Shown in pieces: positions 1 through 13,200 of a stretch of 64,000 nt of DNA. The DNA lies in the NCBI GenBank assembly GCA_050273025.1, contig CP158635.1, positions 2,418,001-2,482,000 of the forward strand, read 5' to 3'. The notes under the pieces were generated by a model, which made no database searches, had not been told where the DNA came from, and saw only the letters and a list, made by a program, of their open reading frames with translations. Both the position numbers and the translations under genes were made by a program. Numbering within the stretch: the stretch's first letter is position 1; every line of letters begins with the position of its first letter. This DNA is from Cenococcum geophilum. Lineage: Eukaryota.

Positions 1-1560
1 AGTAGGCCTTTACTATAGTATAAAATAGCTTTTATAGTTTTTAGAGGACTACTATAATAAAGTCTTTAAACGGTTTTAGGTAATATCTAATTGCTATATA
101 GCTATAAAAGAGTTTAGCCAGCACTAGGGCTAGCTACTCTCCACACATCTTAAGAAATTAATTAGTAATCTTTTTTAGACCTAGGGCCTTATTAGGGGCA
201 AGCCCCTTTAGGGCCGCAATAATATCCTCCTCCTTAACTACTTCCTTTACTATTCACGGCTCTAAGTATATAAACCCTAGTATATTACTAAGGTCCGCCT
301 CTATAGGCAGTAGAAAAAACTACTTTATAAGAATAATAGCCTTCTCCTTATTATTATAATATAGGGTCTCCTCTTCTAGTCTGCTAATAGAAGGAAACTA
401 TAGTAGGGCCTTCAGCTTCCCGTCCGCTATACGCGCCTATTTTACTATCCTCTATATCCATTTAGGGTTATTTATTAACTTTTTAACGGTCCTCCTCTAT
501 AGCTTATTAGCCTCTTATTAGATTGCCCTTTTCTCCTTATTCTATATAACTCTATAGTTAATTTAATTAGGTATTAACTAAAAGACCTTTTACGCCTAAA
601 AGGCCTATTAGGTTTTTTTTTACCACTTCTATATATTCCTCTAACTATACTTTAAAAGCTTACAGCAAGGGCCACGCGTTAGGTACTGTTTTTACTATAG
701 TATTTTTAATCGCCTAGTATATAGCCTCCACTAGCGCGTTTAGTTTATCTCTTATATTATATAGGAGTCTATATAGGGGCTAGAGTTAGCCCTCTAGCTT
801 ACTCTATACTACCTTCTAATTAGCCTTCTTTTATAGTGGTCTTCTAAGTAAAGGGGGCCCCTTTAGCGCCTCTATATTTACCTCCATAATAATAAAAAAG
901 TAGTTAGACCCTATATGCTAGCGGTCTTATCTTTAACTTTATAGCAGCCTATTAGTATTTTAAGGGGAGGTAAATACTAGGTCTAGTGTACTCCTTAATA
1001 TACCCTTTACCCACATCTCTATACCCGCCTTAGTAGCTAGGTTTAGGCTAGTTACCTCTATAGCGCAAATAAAGTTATCCGCTGCGTTATCCGCGCATAT
1101 TACTATTACATCCCCCTAAAAGGGGTAGCGTAAATTAAAATCACCTAATAGTCTATATTCTCCTTCGGCCCTTAGCAGCTCTAGTAGCATATAGATACTA
1201 CTATTTATTTATTAGGGGTTATAAATATTAATATACGGAACGTTAATCCCCTAACGTAAATTTTAACCCAAGTTTATAAGTAATAAGCCAATTAATTTTA
1301 GAGCTTTATTATATAGACTTTAATTAATATATATAAAGATAAGGTTTTCCAGGGGGAGACCCCCTAGGACCCCCCTATATGGAGCTTTTGCTTAATTTAG
1401 AAGTAGTAGTAAGATTAAAGCGCCTTAGTTACTACTAGGTAAAGATCTACTATAGTAACTAAGGCGCCCTACTTAAGCTAGGCTTAAGGATTATATTAGT
1501 TACAAATCTAGTATATATTTAGACTGCAGAGCTTTAATATAAAGCCCTCTATATAGGATC
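1..1560 (-). mobile_element. RIP-degraded Tad1-like LINE ORF2 fragment (AP endonuclease and start of RT), running off the left edge
   Basis: Minus-strand translation gives LLGDFNLRYPF*G (~1110-1155; APE GDFNxHHP-W motif) and LAPNKALGLKKITN*FLKMCG (~140-210; KAPGxD at the RT start). Stops fit RIP transitions. Upper boundary approximate. Confidence 0.8.
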
Positions 1561-2119
1561 TAATATAGTAGATTATAATTCTAATTTAAAGCTTTATATA
1601 CTAAATATTTTTAATACCTAATAACTAAATCGCCGCATAGCTAGAATTAAAGTAAGTTTATTACCTTAACTTAATTAAATACGTATATAGAAAGAGATAT
1701 AACTATATACAGAGACGTCTAATATAATTAAGTAACTATATTATTACCTACCCAGTTTGGACGTATAACGATGCGATGGCTTAGTAATAACGTAAAAGCT
1801 TAGTGCCGAGTAATAGGAGGGGGGAGAAGGGGGAGGAGATTAGGGGTGGCTTAGCCACTGCAAGAAGGTTATAATATTAGTATAGTATTAAACTTTAAAA
1901 ATTATATCCCGGGAGCTTAATTAACAACCCCTATATAAAATATTAACAACGTTTAATTATAGAGCTTTAAACTGGTAGATCTTTTAGGAATGCCTATTAT
2001 AAGTAGCTCTAAGTATAAAATTTAAAATATTTAGTAGTGGTATAAGTATGGGACGGGGGTATATATTTATATTCCTAAATATTATTACGTAACGTAATTT
2101 TTAGGTAATAAAAACCGCC

Positions 2120-3118
2120 GTTAATATTACTTAACTAACACCTACTAGAGGTTCCTCTGTCCTTCCTATCTCCTTTATTACCTATCTCTTCGTCTAATAC
2201 TATTTATATCGCTATATTAACTAATAGATCCCTTAGTAGAGACTAGGGAGGGGTATTAGAGCGCCTCTAGCTCTTATAAGGAAGAAGAAAGAAGAAGAGA
2301 GGAAAGTATAAAGGAGGGAGTATTTATAAATGGGAGGAGACCTATAAATGGGATATTAGGTAGCTATAATATAGACATTAACGTTACTTAACTAATACCT
2401 ACTAGACGCCCCTCTATCCTTCCTATCTTCTCTCTTATCCGTCTCCTCGTTAGATACTATCTATATCGCTATATTAACTAATAGATCCCTTAATAGAGAC
2501 TAAGGAGGGATATTAGAGCGCCTCTAGCTCTTATAAGGAAGAAGAAAGAAAAAGAGAGAAAGGTATAGAGGAGGGAGTATTTATAGATAGGAGGAGGCCT
2601 ATAAATAGGAGATTAGGCAGCTATAATATAGACATTAATATTACTTAACTAATACCTACTAGACGCCCCTCTATCCTTCCTATCTCCTCTCTTACCCGTC
2701 TTCTTGTTAGATACTATTTATATTACTATATTAACTAATAAATCCCTTAATAGGGACTAGGGAGGAGTATTAGAGCACCTCTAGCTCTTATAAGGAAGAA
2801 GAAAAGAAAAGAGGAAGGTATAAAGGAGGGAGTATTTATAGATAGGAGGAGGCCTATAAGTATAGGAGATTAGGCAGCTATAATATAGCTAGTAATGTTG
2901 CTCAACTAATATATACTAGAGGCTCCTCCGTCCTTCCTATTCTCTTTCGCCCGTCTCGTTATCTAATGCTATTTATATTACTACGTTAACCAATAGATCC
3001 CTTAGTGGGGACTAAAAAGGGGTATTAGAGTACCTTTAGCTCTTATAAGGAAGAAAAAAGAAGAAGAGAGGAAAGTATAGAGGAGGGAGTATTTATAGAT
3101 AGGAGGAGGCCCTATAAG
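2120..3118. repeat. Tandem repeat, ~257-bp unit x4
   Basis: Anchor AGATCCCT/AAATCCCT recurs at ~2226, 2483, 2740 and 2995; copies differ mainly by transitions. Confidence 0.9.
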
Positions 3119-3199
3119 CACGTGATTTAGTAAGTATTAATAGCATAATATTCTTATATAAGATGGGCTTAATTACTTACTAAAATACGGGGTGTCTCT

Positions 3200-3620
3200 G
3201 TTACTATAGTGGCTACTATAATAGTAGAGACGCCTTAAATATTTAATGTAACTAATTACTAAGGCTGTTAATAAGTAAAAGGTAGGCTACTAATATGGTG
3301 CGAATAATATAGTTATTAATATCATTTATAGCCTATTTTTGCTTCTAGTGTACGCGTAAATAATCCTTATATTTGGCGTAGAGCTAGTTATAGGCAGTAA
3401 GCTAATTTAGGTCTAGCTTTACTATTAATATAGCTGTAGGTAATATATCCCTTAGTATAGGCCGACTTAGTAGTTCTAGCTTTAGAAGATTGTCTTTTTT
3501 CTTAGATAGGTTAATATACTGCTATACTTTATTAGTTTTAGCTATATCTTAGATAATAAAGAACTATTAAATCTAATCGGATAGCTTATTAAGGATAAGG
3601 TTAATTTTTAATTTAGTAGA
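3200..3620 (-). pseudogene. Degenerate ORF fragment, possibly a copia-type gag N-terminus
   Basis: Reads LNKLSD*I**FFII*DIAKTNKV*QYINLSK, which de-RIPs to LDKPSDWxxW...VWQYIDP; resembles fungal copia gag N-termini from memory. Confidence 0.35.
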
Positions 3621-5026
3621 GGTTATTATTTTTAAAATTTAATAGGTTAGGAAGAGTCCAGGTTAGGGTTTAGCTAGCATCTTAATAGAACCTTATTTAG
3701 ACGTTCCGAACTTTTAATTTAATTTATTAGTTTATTTATTAGTCGGATTTTGTTATAGGGAGCGCGATTAATAACCCCTACTAATAGCTTTAACCACGTC
3801 TAAATTTTAATTTATAAATAGGTAGATCTATAGGTAATAGTTATTTTAAGCAGCTCTAGGTGCGGTATATATAAAATCTTAACTATAGTATAGAGAAGTT
3901 GTGGCTGCTAATATGCGGTCCTAAGTAGCATATATTTTTAGAGGTTACGTAACTCCTTATATAAGCCACATTTCCGCCCTTTAAATTTTTTTTAAAAAAT
4001 TCCAAAAATTAATTAACGCTATAGATAGCATCAATATTAAACCGGCAAGACTGCTAATTCTTTTTATATACTATTATATGTATATCTAACAGCTCTAAAA
4101 GCGGTAAGAAGGTAGGACTGATAGAGGGGTTAAAATTTAGAAAATTAGATTTTGTGGTTAAGCTGTTTAAAACTTAGGAAACTAAGATAAATGCCGCATT
4201 CTCCGCTTACCTCTAAGCCAGTATATAATTTCCTAATTAGGAAAAGTCGTTTATAAGTAGTTACTACTGCCTCTATACAAAATCTTCTTATTATACCTCT
4301 TTAGTCTTACTTATAGATGACTAAAATTGTTCTATATTAAACCTATATTTAAATATAAGCCCTAAAAGCTTCTTAACTTATAAGATTGCTATATAGGTTA
4401 GCCTAGCTATCTTATCCTTTTCCTTAATATCTAGAACCATCTAGTTAAGTATTAGGCTTTAGCTTTTATATACGGTAAGAGCAAAAGCTAGAATAATTGG
4501 AAATTAACGCTGTAAGTAAGAGCCTCTTATACCCTCCTACTTATAAAGTACGGAAATATAGGGATAACTTTCTTACCATCCTACTAAGTAAATAGGGTAG
4601 GTCCGTTATACCCATTTACTATAATTAGTAGTAACTAAGGCTAATCCTTTTTAATATCCGCGTGTCCCTTCTATACAACATCTTTAACTATACTAGTAGT
4701 ACTGTTTACTAAGCCTAGTTTAACCTAGATATTCTATATTAGAATTACTTTCGCGCTAATATATAGGGCTAGATTCTCTATAGTATTATACTAATTAGGA
4801 GTAACTTTCCGTATACCTATACTAGTGTTAACTAACTTAATAGCTCCACTAGTTGTAAAAGGTTGCGAAGCTAAGTAGTGTTATACTTACCTATAGTAGC
4901 GCGTGTGCTATATAGCCGAATTGCGTTATTAAAGCCCGTAACCTTATTAGTAGATAAGCCCTACTTATACCTAGTTAAAAGAAGCTTCTAGGTTAGATTA
5001 TTTATAAAATCACTACGTAGCTTTAT

Positions 5027-5347
5027 CCCTTAACCCGCTGGCGTCCATCGAGTGTGTGGTCCGTGCGGAACACCAGAATTAGAAGTACGCGTATACCCTA
5101 CATAGATTTAATTAATACAATATCGTCAGCCATGCCTTCCAATCGTACTTCCAATGATATAGACCTTGTTCAGCCGACTCAATACAACGTTTAACTAAAT
5201 TGGGTCGCTAAAAACCTACCACCAGAGCCGTGGCTGCTGCCCGATTTTACAACGGCTACGTATTTCTAATCACGACGATTTAATTGCATTGATCTTATTG
5301 GTTGGTTCTTATCGATACCGAATGGACGAATTTCAGCGGGTTAAGGG
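5027..5347. mobile_element. 321-bp MITE with 14-bp TIRs (CCCTTAACCCGCTG), piggyBac-like CCCT...AGGG ends, apparent AT duplication
   Basis: Perfect TIRs at 5027-5040 and 5334-5347. Removing the element plus one AT restores the helicase frame (SSIFRTALIKLRSD). Interior shows little RIP. Confidence 0.85.
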
Positions 5348-5594
5348 ATAAGGGCGGTCCTAAATATAGAGCTCTTAGCGTTATTACCGCCCTACTATAT
5401 AACTTAATCTAAAACAGCTATTCGGTTAATCGCCTTATAAGCTCCCTTTCTATAGCTAGTAAGCTCTAATGGCCTAGCGGATAGATTGTTATATAAGGCC
5501 GCCTAACCTATAGGGGGAAGTTAATAGAAATCGCCTACTAGCAAGATGTTTAAGCCTCTAAAATAGTCGTTATTACGCGTAGGGTAGATCTAAC

Positions 5595-6181
5595 TATTAT
5601 ATCTAAGCCTAACCCACTTGACCATACAAACCACCAAAAAGGTAGTAGTAGTGTCTCGCGACTGGACGGACTGCCGGTTGGAATGCCTTATAAGCTCTCC
5701 AGCCCATACCGTAGGTATAAGTAGCGCATTGTATAACAACTACACCCCCTCCTAGGGCGCATGTCCTCAGGCGCCTAAACTGCGATAAATGGCTGGCCTT
5801 TCGCTAGGTGGTCTTTGCCACGCAGTACGCAAACTGCCTATAGCACCCTAGCTGCAATGTAAGGCGTCCGCCAGCACCCTAGCTAGCGTTAAGCTTAATA
5901 AGGTGACCTCTAGCAAGCACGTGCGATAACCCCGCACTCGACTATAGGCAGTGCAGTCGCTTAGGCTGTCCTATACTTGTGAATATTCAACCCCATACCG
6001 GATTAAACACTAACCTCTAGGTAGTCGCGAGACACATTATTATGCCTAAGCCTAACCTACTTAACCATACAAACCACCAAAAAGGTAGCAGCAGTGTCTC
6101 GTAACTGGACGGACTGCCGGTTAGAATGCCTTATAAGCTCTCTAGCCTATACCGTAGGTATAGGTAGCGCATCGCATAACA
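5595..6181 (-). mobile_element. TRIM (non-coding mini LTR element): 144-bp LTRs, ~300-bp interior, CTAAC TSD
   Basis: Direct repeats at 5595-5738 and 6038-6181 ending in ...AACA; CTAAC at 5590-5594 and 6182-6186; minus-strand polypurine tract AGGAGGGGGTGTAGT abuts the left LTR. Excision restores the helicase frame INYRLR*IYP. Confidence 0.85.
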
Positions 6182-9100
6182 CTAACGGAGGCGGTAATTG
6201 ATTTAGGCTAGATATACTTACCCGATTGTAGATTTCTCGTTAAAGATAAGATAGTAAATATCCTTAAAAGCTTGCTATAGAGGCATAAGACTAGTAGTAG
6301 GTAATTTATTAAATGGGCAATTTACTAGCAACCTTAGTAGATCGTATATAGTTCTGCCGTTAATATTAAAGGTAGCTACCCTAGTAGGGGCCGCTTAAGC
6401 CAATAGTATTGGCTTACTATAAGCCCTTACTATATTATAGAGCGTAATAAAGAGGACAGTAATAAAATATAATTTGCCGGTTTCTACCTCTCTATTAATA
6501 TTAATCCGCAGTAGGGAGGGACTAAGGCCCACTTAGATCTGCCTATAGTAATTAACTATAACGTTATAGATATAACGCTAACCTAGTTATAAGGAGAATA
6601 GAGTTGCTATTTAGGATAGGCGGCTCCACGGTAGAGGCTATAGCTATACTTTCTACCAATAAGTCCTCTTATTAAGCTGCGGGTATATACCCTAATACGT
6701 ACTCTAGTTATAGTTATAATCAAGCTCCCTATTACTAAGCCTGTTAGAATCCTTAATTTTAACTCCGTTAGTATTTTAAACGCGGGTATATAGGGCCTTA
6801 AAGGACTAATATAGCTCCAAGTCGTCTATAAAATCGCCCTTAAACTCATTAATATAATTAGTAGTTTTGCAATTTTCCTCTAGTTTCTAATTGCAGAAGT
6901 AGTTAGGTGGGTGCTAATAAGAGTTAATATAAGGCTAATAGGAGGCTATATAATTAGGGGCCCAAATTTATTAGTATAAGTAGCTACTTCCTTATGCTCC
7001 CTCTACGGGTAATAAAGAATGAGCTTTATATAGTAGAACTTAGGATACTACGGATAGAAAGAATTGCCTTTATATTACGGAAAGTACGATATAACTTAAG
7101 GCCTTGCTCTTAGTTAACGCTTATAAGTAGAGTAATTAAAATAGAGGAGAAAATTAAGGAAAGTAACGTCCTCTACCCTATCTAGGCGGCGCTTATATTT
7201 CTTATAGTTAGACAACCTATACCCTCTTAGTTGCCTATTCTTAAGCTTATATATAGCGCTTTAATCGTCCTCCTAATAGTAGTCTAAAGTTACTATATTC
7301 CTAGAGCCTTTATAAAGGGAAATATTAAAAAGTAGATAGTATACCTCCTGCGCTAACTAATTACGTTTAGTAATAAGCTTATTTATAAACCTGGCTACTA
7401 CTAAACTAAAAGGCATAAAGGCTATTAGCGTGCGGCTATACTAATTAGAGTAGCTCCTAGTAGGAAGTTAACTTCTTCTCTTTCTTACTGCAATATTTGC
7501 TTATATAGTTAACTATTACTAATATGCTTATAGCGGGTGACGTATTAATATTCGCCATCTACGCTAATATTATAGCTGTATTATAACTATTAAGAAGCTT
7601 ATTATTACGCTACGGATAGAACGTCTAGTAATGCGGATTTTAATCCTTTAATATAGCAGCCTTATTATAAAGAGAGCGTAGAAAATAGAAGCAGCACTCC
7701 TTTACTCTAGTAAAGCCTTTCTTTAATCTTAAGCAGTAAAATTCGGTGCAATTACTGTGCTATTAAAACCGATTAAGGTAGGCAGTAAAAAGCTTACTAG
7801 TATTAAGCTATTCTTTATAGCTAAGAGCAGAAGGATATTAGAGATTGGGAGGCCTAGATTAATTGGGATTTATTACGGATATAAAAGTAGCCCAGTACTT
7901 AGTAAAAGCCGCCCTTAATTTAATAGCTAATAAATCTAGCCTTGGGGCTATTAAACTCCATAAGAAGCTATATATATAGCCGCTACCTTATACCTACTAC
8001 TTATATTAAAACTAAAAGTTAGTGCTATTAAATAGACCTATAAGCACGTGCTTCCTAAATGGATTAAAGCGACGATACAGTCAGTAAGCAGCAATATGCG
8101 GATTATTATTAAGATTTTAAGAAGCAATCTAGTAGCGCTAAGTATAAAGAATAGAGACCCGCTCTTAATGTTTTTAGCATAAGCCGTAAGCTTATTTCTC
8201 TTCTGCCTCTAGTAAGGTCTAGTGCCCTTAAGGTTCTATATATGCCGTACAATCTTATTTAGCAACTACTTAGCCCTTTTACCATTTATAAGATTACTAA
8301 GCTTATTTAAAGATAGACTATTTTTATTTAATTAGCCGTAAAGGAAGCGGGTAGTATTAAGGGCTTACTTTTTTATAATCCGATTAAATATATAATAGCG
8401 AAATAAGGGGTGGCGGCTAAACCGACCGTCCTAATACTTAAGTATATACTTGGCGTACGCAGCTAGGGTAACTATACGGCTTTATAATATATTAAAGTCG
8501 GCTTTGCCATAAAGAAATAGATAGGAAAGGCGCCGCGTATAATAAAACTAGCTAATTACTTAGAAAGAGGTGTCTGTCGCATAGTAGGAACCTCTAAACC
8601 CGCTTATAGGTCTTATTAATATTAAACCTTACGACTTAAAAGCTCTAATTTATTAAGGTTAGGTACTAGATTAGGAACTAAAGTATCTAGTATATTATTA
8701 TTAAATTCGCTATCTAGTATATTACTACCAAGCTTAGTAGGCAGAGGATTAATAGCAGGAGGACGTTATATAGGAGCAGTAGGGTAAGCTATTGGGCCAC
8801 TAGAATTAGACTTTAACTTATTAATATAAGGTAGCTAATCTAATATAAAGCTATTTTCGGGTAAGCTAGTAAGCTAGGTGCTATATATTTTAACGTTACA
8901 ATAATTAGAATAATTAACCTTTAGAAAGTAAAGCCACTATACTATAGTAGAGCGCCTTATAGTATACTGCTTAGTAAACCGCCAACTTAGGTATTTGCCA
9001 CCCTCTACTACTATAGGCCTTATAACTAGTATATTAAGTTTAGTAGGTAGCCATGGTAGCTACTTTTAAGTCTTTAGTATGTTTTGGCTAAAGTAGTAAA

Positions 9101-10226
9101 CGTAGCTAGTATAGCGATATTGCTAGCCATATACACGCACGACTTGCAGATAAACGTATACGCGCGTAATTAGAAGCTCCTCTACCGCGGTAAGTATAGG
9201 TAGGAAGCTAGGAACAGGCCCCGGATTAAGCCTATTGCTTTTACTAAATAGGGGAGAAAGGGTTAGATCTTTAAGGCTATTAGCATTCTTAATGTAGGCT
9301 TTATATATACCTATATTGTTACCCTCTATAGCTAGGCCCATTTAGAACTACCGCTCCTTATAATAACTGCACGTCTCTATACATTTAGCCTATAGTATAC
9401 TCCTAAACTTCTTAATTTACTCCCAATTAACAGCCGAAATAGGTAGTAGTATGGCTGTAGTTAGAGCTTATTAAGAGGAAGCTTACTAAAAAGGAGCCTA
9501 CGGAGAGAGAGCTTACTATAAGGAAGGTAGTATTAGCTATAAAGTGGCCGTAGTTGGAGCTTACTAAGAGGGAGCTTGCTAAGAGGGAGCCTATAGAGAG
9601 GGAGCTTACCGTAAGGGAGCTTGCCGCGAGGGAGCTCGCCGTAAGGAAGGTGGTATTAGTAGTAGAGTAGGTATTGGTGGTAGAGTAGGCATAGGAGCTA
9701 GTTCCAGTAGGGATATATTTAGGTTATTTAGAGTGCCTCTTCTACTATATAGAGCTTTATCTATAGTATATAGCGGAGGAGTAGGCGAGTAAGCTTTACC
9801 CCGCCAATTAAAAATACGGTGCTCCCGTTATATTGCCCTAATTGTCTTCTACCATTAAGCTATTTTAGGGGTATCTTAACTATTCTGGCCGCGAGGTAAG
9901 AAGATATCCTTAGTATTAGTTTTAGGTAAAGTATTTCGCTAGCGCTTTATAGGATAAGTCTTAGTAAAACTAAGCTCTGCTTTCTGCCTATTTAAATTAT
10001 ATATAGAGCCCTAGGAAAGTAAGTAAAAGTAGAAATAATATATAGGGAAAACGCGCCTTTAACCGATATAATTAATATTACTTTAAAAGTTTAGTAAATA
10101 GGCCGTTTTTAATAAAATTAATACGGGGTTATATTAAACAGCACTTGCTATACTTAATTAAAGCAGGTTTTACTATAGTTAAGATGCGTATAGTAGTATT
10201 AATAGAGATGCTAATAAAAAGGTTAT

Positions 10227-13200
10227 TGTAACGGAACCTTGTAGCAAGAACTACGGTAGGCTTATTATTAGGCTAGGTATATAGGTAGCGTAAATTAAAG
10301 TTAATAACGTAACAATAATAACTAGTAGAGTGGTTGCCTAATAGATTAACTCTAATTATATTCTAAGAATTACTATAAGGAAGGAACTATCTAGGTAGGG
10401 ACTAAGGGTCCTTAAATACACAACTATACTCCTATAAAATCCTTCTTATACGTAATATACATATACTCTATCTACTCTATTACAGATTATATAGATCCTA
10501 TAGATTATATAGATCACGTTATATAACCTTAGTTACTATTTCTCATTATATAGCTTTATCGGCTCTATCTTAGACTATACCTATATTAACTAACTAGCTT
10601 CTTCTAACTTTTCCCTAAGTAGTTATAATATTGTACTTAAAGCGTCCGTAACACTATCTCCCTCCTCTCTATTTTCGTCCTTAAAGATTTCTAATATCTT
10701 TAAGTCGTTCACTAGAGGTATAATATCTGTTTAATTAATTTAGTTAATATCGTTGCTTATTATACCTAAAGTAATTTCTTCCTCGTTAACTGCTCGTCGT
10801 GCTCGCACTATTGCTATAATATTATCTCTTAGTAAGATTATACCATCTCCATATTCTTACTGTTTAAAAAAGGTGTTAGTCTATATTACGTTAGTAAACC
10901 TATCTTTACAACAACCGCCCTCTTATTTAGAGTGCACTAAAGCGAATATTTATTTGTCCTATAACGTTCGCTCTACCTTTAATATTAAATATACGCGACC
11001 TATTACTCTTAATAGTTATCTAGTTCCCTAATTAATTTGTCTTAGGGTCTTATATTTAATCTATTACTATATAGCTAAATAATAAACTATCTATTACTCT
11101 GGCGGAGTTGCGCCATTTCTATAATATAGAGTAGGAGGTTGCTAATGCTTAGCATCGGGCTCTTAAATCTCGTCTTATAGCGTCCGCTTAGTTAATCCGT
11201 CTTAAGAAGGTACGTAAGAAGGTTTATTTTAAGGAGTAGAAACTTATAAAATAGGGTTTATAAAAACTTAGTAATAAAAGAATGGACTTTTTTTTAATAG
11301 AGAAGGAAATAGATCTAAGTAGTTTAGCAACTACTCTTCTTAGGTCCCCCTTAGGTAACTTATTCTTTAGTAATCTTTTTTTATTAATACTGCCTAACCT
11401 AATCTCTTTTAATACTCCTATACCTTTCCTATAGCATTTTTTAAATTCTTTAGTAGTTCCTAGGTAGTTTTATTATAGCCTATCTACTTTACCTTATACT
11501 ATATCTTGTTATTAATATCCTTATAACTAATAATCTTTAAAACTTACTATTTGTCTTCCTTTTATCCTTTATATATATCTACTTTATAAACTAGTAGCTT
11601 AATATTCCTATATACTGGCTCTAGTATTACGATATACTATATAGGGTAAATCTTTATTTTAGCTAGTAGATTTAACTTAAATATAACTAGTAAAATCCTC
11701 TATATAATTTTAAAAGGTCCTAGTCTAACGTAGTCTAACTTCTTACTTAGTCGTTAACTTTTAAAATTTTTGTGTAGTAGCTATACTTTATCTCCCTCCT
11801 TAAGATCTAGTCCCTTAGATCTCTTAACGTTATAGTACTTTTTTATTCTCTTTTATATTTTCTTTACTAATTCTATAAGGTCTATATAAAGATTTATTAA
11901 CGTCTTTATTCTTTCTTTAGCTATACTACTCGTTTTCTTTACTTACTGTAGTAATAATAATATTCTTAGCTTATATCCGTAATTTACCTTAAATAGTAAT
12001 ATACCTATCCCTTTTTATAGTGTTATATTGTATATAAACTATATAACTAGTAATAGTAATACCTAATTATTCTATGCGTAATTAATATAGTGCCTTAGAT
12101 ACTGCTCTAGTGTCTAGTTTAATCTTTCTATTTAACCATCTATCTATAAATAATATGCGGTAGAAGTTACTACTCTAACCCCTTATTCCGCTAAGAATAC
12201 CTCCTAAAATACTGCTATAAATCTTAGATCTCTATCTAATATAATTTTACTTAATACTCTATATTTTATAAATACTTCTTTAATATAGATTCTAGTAATA
12301 TCTTCTACTAATATTTCTTCTATATATGCTATAAAGTATCCCTACTTTATAAGCTTGTCTACTATTACTAAAATTATGTTATAATCTTGTCCAGTAATAG
12401 GGTCTCTTTACTTTAGTAACTTAATAATAAAGTCCTATAATATAACCTCTTATAGTCTCTCTAGTGTTTTAATAGGTTATAGCCCTCTATATAGCTTATG
12501 CCTTATTAGTTTATTTCTTTAGCAATCTAAATATTCCTTTATAATTTTTCGTACTATACCTTAAATTCCGTTAATAATATACTCTTCTTAGAGTCTTAAT
12601 ACTAAGCCTATAGCTCTATTATATCCTTAAGTTAATCCCTTATAAAAATCTTCTATAAATTACTCTGCTATACTTCTTAGGATATACTTTACTTCTTAAT
12701 TTTTGTATATATCCATCTATAGATCTTCTAGCTATACTTTTAGAATTCTTTATACCTAAAAGCTCTCTAATAACTTGTAAACTTTCTCTAATTTCTTTTA
12801 AGTTGCTATAATTTTTGGATAATTATATCTAATTAATCCGTCTATATCTTTTTGCAGTAAAGCCCCTAATAGCTTCTTATTACTTTATAGTTTAGCCTTT
12901 TAACTTAGAGCATCTACTTATATATTGTCTATACCCTTAATATACTAAATCTTAAAATAGTATTCTATAAGTATCTTTGCCTATCTAACCTATCTTTAGT
13001 TAAGTTTCTTTATTATTAGGAATCCTATTAGGTTCTTATAATCCATTTTAACTATAAATAGTTTTTCTATACCTTATAAGAATACTCTTTATTCCTTTAG
13101 TGCTATAACTATATCTAATCACTCCTTATTATAGATGTTGTAGTTTAACTCTAGTAGTGTTATCTTCCAAGTATAGTATGCTACTAAGTGCTATCTATCT

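Larger units (their letters stand above)
4300..10000 (-). mobile_element. RIP-degraded Helitron Rep/PIF1 helicase ORF, interrupted by a MITE and a TRIM
   Basis: Minus-strand motifs in the expected order: VEELLITRVYVYLQV (ORF 9123-9341); KY*DGRFSRHPLFRY (~8400-8460); LFFILSA (~8135-8155); *YK**V*GSGYIYSFLW (de-RIP RYEWQxRGSGHxHG, HUH motif, ~7960-8010); GLNILLVGDFY*LPP (~5510-5560); R*FPIILAFALTVYKS*SLIL and TYIAIL*VK (~4370-4510). Termini not resolved. Confidence 0.9.
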
